DNA of 55,405 bases from Bacteroidota bacterium (GTDB lineage: Bacteria; Bacteroidota; Bacteroidia; Bacteroidales; GCA-2748055): the NCBI GenBank assembly GCA_030631845.1, contig DAOVKJ010000002.1, positions 1 to 55,405 on the forward strand, in the 5' to 3' direction. This document shows, one piece after another, positions 47,620 to 55,405 of this stretch; the stretch's first letter is position 1; each line of letters starts with the position of its first letter. Below the pieces are notes generated by a model that made no database searches, was not told where the DNA came from, and saw only the letters and a program-made list of their open reading frames with translations. A program made the position numbers and the translations under genes.

Positions 47620-47888
47620 AGAAGTTCATCAATCCGTTTGAACCGGTAACCGCGCGATTTCAGCTCCTCTACCAGTTTCTCCAGGTAAAAGTAAAACTTA
47701 TCTGTTCTTTCTGAAACTGTTCCAATATGAGTGAGCAGAATAAAACCGTTCAATCCAGCTGGAACGGATGTTTCAAAATCCAGTATGGATTGAAAAATCT
47801 CACTGCTGCTATGGTAGCCCTTTGTGCCAGGGATGGCAGTAAGAGAAAGACCGATTCCAAGGAGCAGATAGAGAGCGAATTTGCGCAT
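47616..47888 (-). CDS. 90-aa exported protein resembling only the C-terminal segment of a NodB/polysaccharide deacetylase
   Basis: It has a signal peptide followed by 'GFILLTHIGT...LEKLVEELKSRGYRFKRIDELL'. It is wedged between hydE (3-nt gap) and maa (ATGA overlap). Confidence 0.4.
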   Translation of the reverse strand: MRKFALYLLLGIGLSLTAIPGTKGYHSSSEIFQSILDFETSVPAGLNGFILLTHIGTVSERTDKFYFYLEKLVEELKSRGYRFKRIDELL

Positions 47889-47891
47889 TGT

Positions 47892-48977
47892 TTACTTCCC
47901 AGCCAGCCTTTTCTGGTAGTGTTTTGAATCGCCCCACTCGTTATATCCGATCTCACCATCGGCCAGTTGAATCCTCACATCCAGGCAGTTTTTACACTCT
48001 TCGGGCTCCTCATCCACACAAGGTTTGTTCTCATAGAGCGCATAATCGTTCCGGTACTTTCCCGGGGTGATATTGGGCATAATGATATTGGCACCCACTT
48101 TCACTGCTTTCTCCCTTCCCAGGGGATCGATGGCCTGAAGGGCAGTGGCGGCTGCAATATTGATATCCTTCATCAGGATACGGAGGGTGGCGATCATCTT
48201 CAGCGCCAGGTCGAATCGCTGTTCAATGGGCAGCAGCTCATGCCTGTATTGAAACAGTGGAGTGTGCTGGTGCTCAATATAGGGTCCCATGCCCACCATG
48301 TCGATGTCGAAGTGTTTCATGAACAGCAGGTCGTCGGCCAGGTCTCCGGAATTCTGGAAGGGAAGTCCGATCATCACTCCGGTGCCTGTCTGGTAACCGA
48401 TTCTTTGAAGAGTTTTCAGACTGGTTAGTCTTCGGGCATAATCGTGAAGCGTATCGGAAGGGTGGTAACGCTGGTATAGATCCGGGTTGGAGGATTCGAT
48501 CCGCAGAAGATACCGGTGGGCACCTGCTTTAAACCACCTCTCATAAACCTCCTCTACCTGTTCACCCAGGGAGAGCGTGATCCCGAGTTTGCCTTTTGAG
48601 AGCTTCTTGATCTCCTTCAGAAGCTTCTCGATTCTGGTTGTATATGCAGGAGATTCCAGCTCACCCGCCTGCAGCACAAGGGATCCATAACCATTCTCAT
48701 GTGCAAACCGGGCTGCATCCAGAATCTGTTCATCGGTTACATTGTAACGTTGTACTTCACTGTTGGATCTCCTGATCCCGCAATAGTAGCAGTCCTTTCC
48801 GCAGATGTTGGAAAACTCAACAAGTCCCCTGAAATGTACCCGGTTGCCAATCTCCTGCAGTTTTATTTCATTGGCCTTTCTAAAAAGTAATTGCTTCTCA
48901 TCTCCGGTCGCCTCCAGCAAGCTGATAATCTCTTCCCTGCCCAGTTTTCCCCCCTCCAGTATCTCTTTCACTCCCAT
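47892..48977 (-). CDS. hydE: [FeFe]-hydrogenase maturase HydE (radical SAM, BioB-like)
   Basis: 361 aa with 'CGKDCYYCGIR' and a BioB-like barrel. It is adjacent to hydF. Confidence 0.88.
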   Translation of the reverse strand: MGVKEILEGGKLGREEIISLLEATGDEKQLLFRKANEIKLQEIGNRVHFRGLVEFSNICGKDCYYCGIRRSNSEVQRYNVTDEQILDAARFAHENGYGSLVLQAGELESPAYTTRIEKLLKEIKKLSKGKLGITLSLGEQVEEVYERWFKAGAHRYLLRIESSNPDLYQRYHPSDTLHDYARRLTSLKTLQRIGYQTGTGVMIGLPFQNSGDLADDLLFMKHFDIDMVGMGPYIEHQHTPLFQYRHELLPIEQRFDLALKMIATLRILMKDINIAAATALQAIDPLGREKAVKVGANIIMPNITPGKYRNDYALYENKPCVDEEPEECKNCLDVRIQLADGEIGYNEWGDSKHYQKRLAGK

Positions 48978-48991
48978 GCTCTTCTCTCTTT

Positions 48992-50218
48992 TTATAAATA
49001 TGTCAATGAATTGGATTCAAGCTTTACAAATGGGGCCACGGCCCGCCGGTAGATGCCGTGTATATAGGCAATGGCCATACCGTAATTGGTTACCGGAATC
49101 CCGGCGTCAATAGCTGGTTTTAGTCTGTTGATCAGTTGTTTACGCGTGATCATACAGCCCCCGCACTGGATCACCATGCTGTAATCGGTGATCTTTCCGG
49201 GAACTTTATCAAGGCCTGCCACCACCTGGTATTCCAGTTGCATTCCGGTGAAACCGGAGAGCCACCTGGGAATTTTCACCCTCCCGATATCATCGCAGGA
49301 GACATGGTGTGTACACGACTCAAGGATCAGGATCTTATCTCCATCCTGTAGCTTCGAGAGGTGAGGTGTTCCCTTGAGGTAGTTCTCAAAATCGCCTTTG
49401 TATCGTGCCAGTACTGTGCTGAAACTGGTAAGTGGAATGTCATCGGGGATGGAGGCATCCGCCTTTTTAAAAACCTGGCTGTCGGTGATGACCAGGGCCG
49501 GTTTTGGACTTAGTCTTTTCAGTAAAGTATCGATCTCCCGCTCCTTGGCCACTACTGCAATGGCATCATTGTCAAGAATATCCCTGATGGCCTGTACCTG
49601 AGGAAGGATCAGACGTCCCTCCGGGGCCTCCTCGTCGATGGGGGTGATCAGCAGAACCAGATCTCCCTGGGAGATAATATCCCCCACCAGCGATTTGGAG
49701 AGATAGGCGGTTTCGGGGATGGCCCGTTTAATTTGCTCGATCAGCGCCTCCCTGTTGGTGGGATGAAGTGAGGAGAACTCAAAGACCTCCCGGCCTGTCT
49801 CTGTGGAAACCTGTTGTTTCACCTGGTTCGTCACAGCTTCCAGATCCGATTTGTTATGGATAACAAGGTAGGGGACCTCCCATCTGTTCAACTGTTCAAT
49901 AATGTCTGTCTCTTCCTGTTCAAAACGGTTCTGAGCAAGGACCAGGATTCCCAGGTCGATAGTCTTGATCACCTCCCGGGTCCGGTCCACGCGCTTATTA
50001 CCCAGCTCCCCGGTATCGTCCGTTCCGGCTGTATCGATCATCACTACCGGACCAATATCGGTAATCTCCATGGACTTCTTTACCGGGTCGGTGGTGGTTC
50101 CGGGTTCACTGGAAACAATGGCCACCTCCTGTTCAGCAAGCGCGTTGATCAGGGATGATTTTCCGTTGTTCCTTCTTCCAAAGATCCCGATATGGGGTTT
50201 GGCATCTCTTCCTTTCAT
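48992..50218 (-). CDS. hydF: [FeFe]-hydrogenase H-cluster maturation GTPase HydF
   Basis: It has the GTPase P-loop 'GRRNNGKSS', 'NKSD' and C-terminal cluster ligands 'CTHH...QCGGC'. Confidence 0.9.
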   Translation of the reverse strand: MKGRDAKPHIGIFGRRNNGKSSLINALAEQEVAIVSSEPGTTTDPVKKSMEITDIGPVVMIDTAGTDDTGELGNKRVDRTREVIKTIDLGILVLAQNRFEQEETDIIEQLNRWEVPYLVIHNKSDLEAVTNQVKQQVSTETGREVFEFSSLHPTNREALIEQIKRAIPETAYLSKSLVGDIISQGDLVLLITPIDEEAPEGRLILPQVQAIRDILDNDAIAVVAKEREIDTLLKRLSPKPALVITDSQVFKKADASIPDDIPLTSFSTVLARYKGDFENYLKGTPHLSKLQDGDKILILESCTHHVSCDDIGRVKIPRWLSGFTGMQLEYQVVAGLDKVPGKITDYSMVIQCGGCMITRKQLINRLKPAIDAGIPVTNYGMAIAYIHGIYRRAVAPFVKLESNSLTYL

Positions 50219-51663
50219 AACAGCTCCCTGATGTCGTTGATGGTAAAGCCCTTTTTCAGAAGGTTACCGGGTTCCATCAACTTCTTAAGTTTCTCCGGTT
50301 CGATCGTTCCCAGGGTGTCATTGGCGTCAAAGATATTCTGATCACCCTTTTTCATCTGTGATGCCAGTTCTGCTGCACGGTTGTACCCGATCAGGGGAGA
50401 GAGGGCAGTGGTAACGGCCGGACTGTTGAACAGTTTCCTGCTGGCCGCCTCTTCATGGACCCGGATTCCTTTTAGCATCTTCTGCTCGAAGGCCCGGTTC
50501 ATGGAGATCAACAGTTTCAGGCTCTCCAGCATGGCACCGCCAATCTCAGGAAGGTATGCATTCAGTTCCAGGCAACCCTTTGAGCTTAAGGTTGCAATTT
50601 TCTGATCATTGGCATAGATCCTGTGAGCCGATGAGATCACAAATTCCGGGACCACCGGGTTCACTTTACCCGGCATAATGGAGCTGCCCACCTGCTGGGA
50701 CGGTAGCTCAATCTCTTTGCTGGAGCCGGTTCCCGATGCAAGAAGCCTGAGATCCGAGACTATCTTTTCCAGGTTCACTGCATGGGCCTTCAGGATGGCA
50801 TGCACCTCCACCCATTTGTCCATATTGGAGGTGACATCTGCCAGGTTCTCGCCCTGGGTGACTGGTAGTGAAGTGAGCCTTTTCAGTACCGGTACCACCT
50901 CCATGATAAAGAAACGGGGGATGGCAATCCCGGTACCGATTGCACCACCCCCCAGGTTGACCACCTTGATCCTTTCAAATCCTTTGGAGACCCGCCACCA
51001 GTCACGCGACAATGCTTCACTGTATGTGCTGAACAGTTGACCGAATGTGGTGGGAACCGCCTCCTGCATCTGTGTATATCCCAGTCTTAATGTATTGCGG
51101 TGCCTGGTTTCCAATTGTTCAACCGTTTTCCGGGTCCTGTTTATGACCACTTCCAGTTCGTTCAGCAGCTGCATGGAAGCAACGGTAAGGGCGGTGGGGA
51201 TCACATCATTGGTGGACTGGTAAATATTGGCCGATTCTATTGGGTCCACAAACTGGTACTCTCCTGGCTTTTTTCCCAGGCCTATGAGCGCCGCATTGGC
51301 GATAATCTCATTCAAATTCAGGTTGATGCTTGTTCCTGCACCTCCCTGGGTACCAGGAACAATGAAATATTCAAAATAGTCGCCCGAGGCAATGGCACTT
51401 GCTGCTGTCTCCATAGCTCCCAGCGTCTGTTCGTCAGGAATGCTGAGGTGGGCAATCATTTCGGGGTGCTCCTTCGAGAGTGCCTTTAACAACTTTCTAA
51501 CGGTGCGGTAGCAGGCAAGTTTAACGCTGCCGGTTGCACGAAACCATTCCACAGGAAATGGTACCTGGTTGTCAAAGTTATCACGGGCACGAACAGAGTG
51601 GACCCCGTAGAGGGCATTAGCAGGGATGGAGACCTCTCCAATAATATCTTTTTCAGTGCGCAT
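50215..51663 (-). CDS. aspartate ammonia-lyase-like enzyme (class II fumarase/aspartase superfamily)
   Basis: 482 aa with the superfamily signature 'GSSIMPGKVNP' and an aspartase-like N-terminus. It overlaps hydF in an ATGA. Confidence 0.8.
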   Translation of the reverse strand: MRTEKDIIGEVSIPANALYGVHSVRARDNFDNQVPFPVEWFRATGSVKLACYRTVRKLLKALSKEHPEMIAHLSIPDEQTLGAMETAASAIASGDYFEYFIVPGTQGGAGTSINLNLNEIIANAALIGLGKKPGEYQFVDPIESANIYQSTNDVIPTALTVASMQLLNELEVVINRTRKTVEQLETRHRNTLRLGYTQMQEAVPTTFGQLFSTYSEALSRDWWRVSKGFERIKVVNLGGGAIGTGIAIPRFFIMEVVPVLKRLTSLPVTQGENLADVTSNMDKWVEVHAILKAHAVNLEKIVSDLRLLASGTGSSKEIELPSQQVGSSIMPGKVNPVVPEFVISSAHRIYANDQKIATLSSKGCLELNAYLPEIGGAMLESLKLLISMNRAFEQKMLKGIRVHEEAASRKLFNSPAVTTALSPLIGYNRAAELASQMKKGDQNIFDANDTLGTIEPEKLKKLMEPGNLLKKGFTINDIRELL

Positions 51664-51706
51664 TTATCAGGAATTTCACGTAAAAATACCTAATAAATCG
51701 CAATTT

Positions 51707-52357
51707 CTAGTTCGGAGATATCTTTAGTATAATTCCGCCCGAGAATTCACCCTGGAAGGGTGTGATACGGGTATAGAGATTACCGCCGCAGCCGGATCCG
51801 CCGGTGCCGATTCCACAACCAAAGCCAAATCCGTTAAATACCATGGGCATCAGCATACTGCCCTGAACCCTGATCCCCAGGAAGTCGGTCAGCCAGAACT
51901 TCAATCCACCACCCACAGTGGCACTGAACTGTGTCTTTGTGTTAAGGACAACTGTTTTCGGGTCCCATATGGTAAGCCCCAAGGCAATGGTCCCATAGGG
52001 TCGGATTTTCCCCATATTTACCTCCTGCAGTCCGCCCACCTGAATATAGTTGGAGCTGAACTGGAAGACATCACTGGGTGGCTCCCCGGCATAAAATGGA
52101 TCAAACCACCCTTCTGTATCGGAACGCATATAGGAGAGTTCTACGTGGGCGGTTGTAGAGAGGGCCACTGAAAGTTTTCCGCCATAATTGGGGGCATCTG
52201 TGATTCTGAGATCACCATCATAAAGCCGGGCTGTTCCATGCAATTGCCAGCCGTAGAAACCATTGATTTCCAATGTCTGTGCCGTTATCTCCTGAATACT
52301 GATTGTTACCATGATCAGAAGCATGGCGATAAAGAGTCTGTTTTTCTTTGTGTTCAT
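51707..52357 (-). CDS. outer-membrane beta-barrel protein
   Basis: 216 aa with a signal peptide and alternating Gly/aromatic strands. Confidence 0.6.
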   Translation of the reverse strand: MNTKKNRLFIAMLLIMVTISIQEITAQTLEINGFYGWQLHGTARLYDGDLRITDAPNYGGKLSVALSTTAHVELSYMRSDTEGWFDPFYAGEPPSDVFQFSSNYIQVGGLQEVNMGKIRPYGTIALGLTIWDPKTVVLNTKTQFSATVGGGLKFWLTDFLGIRVQGSMLMPMVFNGFGFGCGIGTGGSGCGGNLYTRITPFQGEFSGGIILKISPN

Positions 52358-52425
52358 CTTTTCATTATTAATATTAACAATAACATTATAAAGCCTAAAG
52401 GGTTCAGAACTACACCCAGTTACTA

Positions 52426-53151
52426 TCAGTTATCACTACTCTGTTTTTCAATAAAAGGGAAGGCTGCTCCAAACTGGATGGCTGAGTTCCGTCTGGGATC
52501 GCCGGTGTTATCTTTTACCATATCAATAAAACCAAGGTTATATCGAAGATAGAGTATTACCCCTTTCCCGGCAATGGGCTTGGCAAGCATACAGGAGATG
52601 TCAATGACACCACCAAGATCTATTGAAGCAAGATTCTCTTTGATCTCTATTTCGGTAGTGAGTACCGCGCCGTTGATGGGTTCCGAATTGTATATATCTT
52701 TGGCGCCGGTGAGAAAACTGATCTGTGGACCTGCCGATATCCAAAGCCTTTCGGAGAGTTGATACCGCAATAGAACAGGAATATCAATATAGCTCAGTTT
52801 CCGATCGGTGGAACTTGGATTCACCAGTAGTTCGTCCAGGTTGGGATCGCCCGTTGTCAGTATGGGAACATCTTTCACACCCCTTGTGGCAAGGGGCAGG
52901 AATTCAGGTGTCAGAAAGAGGCGGTCGGTCAGCTTAATGTTATTGATCAGTCCGAAGTTGGCAGCGGGTCTGTTTTTACCCTCTTCCACATTGGTAATCA
53001 TGGAGTAACTGGCTCCTACTTTAAGGCTAAAATAGAAATGTTCACTGGCCACCTTTTCTCCAAAGATCAGCACCAGCAGTGCAGCCTGGCCTTTGGCGAC
53101 TCCAGAGGAGATTGTAAGCAGCATGAATACGATATAGAGAAACTTTTTCAT
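52426..53151 (-). CDS. outer-membrane beta-barrel (porin-family) protein
   Basis: 241 aa with a signal peptide 'MKKFLYIVFMLLTISSGVAKGQ' and a beta-strand pattern. Confidence 0.6.
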   Translation of the reverse strand: MKKFLYIVFMLLTISSGVAKGQAALLVLIFGEKVASEHFYFSLKVGASYSMITNVEEGKNRPAANFGLINNIKLTDRLFLTPEFLPLATRGVKDVPILTTGDPNLDELLVNPSSTDRKLSYIDIPVLLRYQLSERLWISAGPQISFLTGAKDIYNSEPINGAVLTTEIEIKENLASIDLGGVIDISCMLAKPIAGKGVILYLRYNLGFIDMVKDNTGDPRRNSAIQFGAAFPFIEKQSSDN

Positions 53152-53338
53152 TTTTGTTTATTAAATTAAACCATGAATCACCAATATTTAAATATATGAA
53201 TAAATACTAAATAGACATTGGGGTAGAGTATAAGCTGTAAATCACCTTAAAACAATTTTCATTCTTTGTTGTTGTTTCTGTATCAATTTTGACTAATTTA
53301 ATAGTAATTAATTCCATATTCATTTTAAAAAAGAAGTG

Positions 53339-54847
53339 ATGAGAAAAACCATTTTAACAATTGCTTTAATGGCTTTTGTGCTGGTTAGTTATGCCCAGGA
53401 CAAGCCCAACATCCTAGTCATCTGGGGTGACGATATTGGCTGGGCCAATATTAGCAAGTACAATCATGGTATCATGGGATACCAGACACCGAACATCGAC
53501 AGGATTGCCAATGAAGGTGCCATGTATACCGACTGGTACGCGCAACAGTCCTGTACCGCAGGAAGAGCTGCATTTATCTTAGGACAGCATCCATTCAGAA
53601 CCGGATTGTTGACCATCGGAATGCCTGGTTCTGACCACGGTATTCAGGATAATCAGCCAACCATTGCAGAATTACTGAAACCTCTGGGATACACTTCCGG
53701 ACAGTTTGGAAAAAATCACCTGGGTGACCGGGATGCCCATCTGCCAACCAATCATGGTTTCGATGAGTTCTATGGAAATCTCTACCACCTGAATGCAGAG
53801 GAAGAGCCGGAAACTTACTATTATCCTAAGAATGAAGAGTTCCATAAAAAATATGGTCCGCGCGGTGTTATTCACAGTTATTCTGATGGAAAAATTGAAG
53901 ATACCGGTCCAATGACCCAGAAGAGAATGGAAACAGCAGACGATGAATTTACAGATGCTGCCATTGATTTTATAGAGAGAGCCCATAAGGCGGGCCAGCC
54001 GTTTTTCGTCTGGTTGAGTGCTACCCGCATGCATGTCTGGACACGTCTAAAAGATGAAAGTACCGGTGTGACCGGAATTGGTCTTTACCCTGACGGAATG
54101 GTTGAACATGATAAAGCGGTTGGAAAAGTGCTTGATAAGTTGCAGGAACTGGGAATTGTTGACAATACAATCGTTATGTATTCGACCGATAATGGTGCTG
54201 AAAAATTCACCTGGCCCGATGGGGGTACCACCCCGTTTTATGGCGAAAAAGGAACAACCTGGGAAGGTGGTTTTCGTGTACCATGTGTAATCCGCTGGCC
54301 GGGAGTAATTGAACCAGGCACCGTGGACAATAATATTTATTCTCACGAAGATATGCTACCCACTTTGATGGCAGCAGCCGGGGTACCGGATGTGAAAGAG
54401 AAACTCTTAACGGGCTATCAGGCTGGCGATAAAAATTTCAAGGTTCATCTGGATGGTTATAACCAGATGCCTTTCTGGAAGGGTGAAGTTGATCAAGATC
54501 CGCGAAGGGAAATTTTCTACTTTGATCAGGCCGGAAATTTGAATGCGATCCGATACGATAACTGGAAACTCCACTTTACAATTTTGGAAGGAGCCATAAA
54601 TACAGCGTACCGCAAGCAGCCCGCATGGCCAATTCTGGTAAATTTAAGAGCTGATCCTTATGAAACAGCATGGCAAGAATCGGCCATGTATATCCGTTGG
54701 TTTGCGGATAACATGTGGACCTTTGTTCCTGCACAGGCAATTACAGGTGAGTTTCTACAAACATTTGTCGAATTTCCTCCGGTGCAAGGATCGTCTCTGG
54801 GTATTGATAAAGTGCTGCAACAGTTGATGACAGCACCTCAAAATTAA
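53339..54847 (+). CDS. arylsulfatase (Cys-type, formylglycine-dependent)
   Basis: It has a signal peptide, 'NILVIWGDDIG', the sulfatase signature 'CTAGRAAFILG' (C-x-A-x-R) and 'GKNHLGD'. Confidence 0.9.
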   Translation: MRKTILTIALMAFVLVSYAQDKPNILVIWGDDIGWANISKYNHGIMGYQTPNIDRIANEGAMYTDWYAQQSCTAGRAAFILGQHPFRTGLLTIGMPGSDHGIQDNQPTIAELLKPLGYTSGQFGKNHLGDRDAHLPTNHGFDEFYGNLYHLNAEEEPETYYYPKNEEFHKKYGPRGVIHSYSDGKIEDTGPMTQKRMETADDEFTDAAIDFIERAHKAGQPFFVWLSATRMHVWTRLKDESTGVTGIGLYPDGMVEHDKAVGKVLDKLQELGIVDNTIVMYSTDNGAEKFTWPDGGTTPFYGEKGTTWEGGFRVPCVIRWPGVIEPGTVDNNIYSHEDMLPTLMAAAGVPDVKEKLLTGYQAGDKNFKVHLDGYNQMPFWKGEVDQDPRREIFYFDQAGNLNAIRYDNWKLHFTILEGAINTAYRKQPAWPILVNLRADPYETAWQESAMYIRWFADNMWTFVPAQAITGEFLQTFVEFPPVQGSSLGIDKVLQQLMTAPQN

Positions 54848-54970
54848 TTGAAAGATCTTCAAAGAGTAATTGAAATATTCGTAATTATTTTCGAAAAGGT
54901 CATTGACTGTTCATGGTCTTTGGCCTTTTCTTTTAGCTCAAAAAAGTAAATGATTTTAGAAAGTGGTCTT

Positions 54971-55405
54971 ATGAAAGTAAAATTATTTCCTGTTGTATTG
55001 ATCTCCCTCTTAGTGCTGACATTTTCAGCCTGCGGAGTTAAAAATGAAGAAACAATTTCCGAAAAACCCAAACTCATTCTTCAGATCACCATTGACCAGA
55101 TGCGGGGCGATTTTCCCATGCGTTACAAAGATCGATTGGGAGAGGGCGGCTTCCGCTATCTTATGGAGAAGGGTACCCACTACACAAATGCCAACTTTCA
55201 ACATGCCGATACAGAGACACCCGTCGGCCATGCAGCACTTTTCACAGGTACATACCCGGCATACAATGGCATTGTGGCCGGAAACTGGTTCGACATGGAT
55301 AAGGGACGGGTCATATACAATTGCGAGGATGACCGTTATCCGATGATCGGTAAAGAACCAGCACTGGGAAAAGGCAGAGCACCCACAAATCTGTTGTCTT
55401 CAACC
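54971..55405 (+). CDS. alkaline phosphatase / nucleotide pyrophosphatase family lipoprotein (PafA-like), N-terminal part; runs off the window
   Basis: My own translation from the ATG at 54971 gives 'MKVKLFPVVLISLLVLTFSAC...LILQITIDQMRGDF...ADTETPVGHAALFTGTYPAYNGIVAGNW'. The frame stays open to base 55405, and it is absent from the ORF track because it has no stop. Confidence 0.75.
   Translation, partial: MKVKLFPVVLISLLVLTFSACGVKNEETISEKPKLILQITIDQMRGDFPMRYKDRLGEGGFRYLMEKGTHYTNANFQHADTETPVGHAALFTGTYPAYNGIVAGNWFDMDKGRVIYNCEDDRYPMIGKEPALGKGRAPTNLLSST

Noticed and set aside
55044-55346. 100-aa ORF from the track at the right edge
   Set aside because: It is in the wrong frame. The frame starting at 54971 gives a lipoprotein signal and clear alkaline-phosphatase/NPP motifs and stays open to the window end.

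Overview
This is a gene-dense 55.4-kb chromosomal segment with about 47 CDS. I saw no rRNA, tRNA, CRISPR array, transposase or integrase. All calls come from reading the supplied translations and the DNA by eye; no database search or folding program was run.

Gene content and syntax suggest an anaerobic member of Bacteroidota (inference). The evidence is an ExbB-ExbD-ExbD-TonB cluster, an FtsX/MacB-type permease, a propeller/Y_Y_Y sensor, SpoIIE-type PP2C phosphatases, a Cys-type sulfatase, [FeFe]-hydrogenase maturases, TAnnTTTG-type -7 boxes and many ATGA start/stop overlaps.

Gene order, left to right:
- glpD' (partial), glpK, glpF
- FtsX-type permease, glyA, TauE-like exporter
- tonB-exbD-exbD-exbB, nhaD-like antiporter, tamB, tsaD
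- a SiaC-like DUF1987 protein
- a 13.4-kb uninterrupted minus-strand array (30866 down to 17401), described below
- threonine/serine dehydratase and two exported or outer-membrane proteins
- hydG plus an SLC12-like transporter, an ABC-F ATPase, a bile-acid/Na+ symporter
- an MFP-RND-OMF efflux operon
- an aspartase-like / hydF / hydE / NodB-remnant / maa / PHP operon
- two outer-membrane beta-barrel proteins, an arylsulfatase, and a partial PafA-like phosphatase

The minus-strand array is the most unusual part. In transcription order it holds a sigma-70/ECF-like factor, an anti-sigma-like protein, an orphan C39-peptidase ABC exporter and a SUI1/YciH protein. These are followed by an ankyrin/beta-barrel protein, a lipoprotein, a propeller/Y_Y_Y sensor-PP2C and a sensorless PP2C. 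The array ends with an OLD/PARIS-like coiled-coil ABC ATPase and an exported C26 amidohydrolase.

The best candidate for an undescribed system is the sensor-PP2C / PP2C / OLD-like ATPase / exported C26 hydrolase operon, which faces the SiaC-like gene. The ATPase's Toprim-like tail appears to lack the usual catalytic acidic residues.
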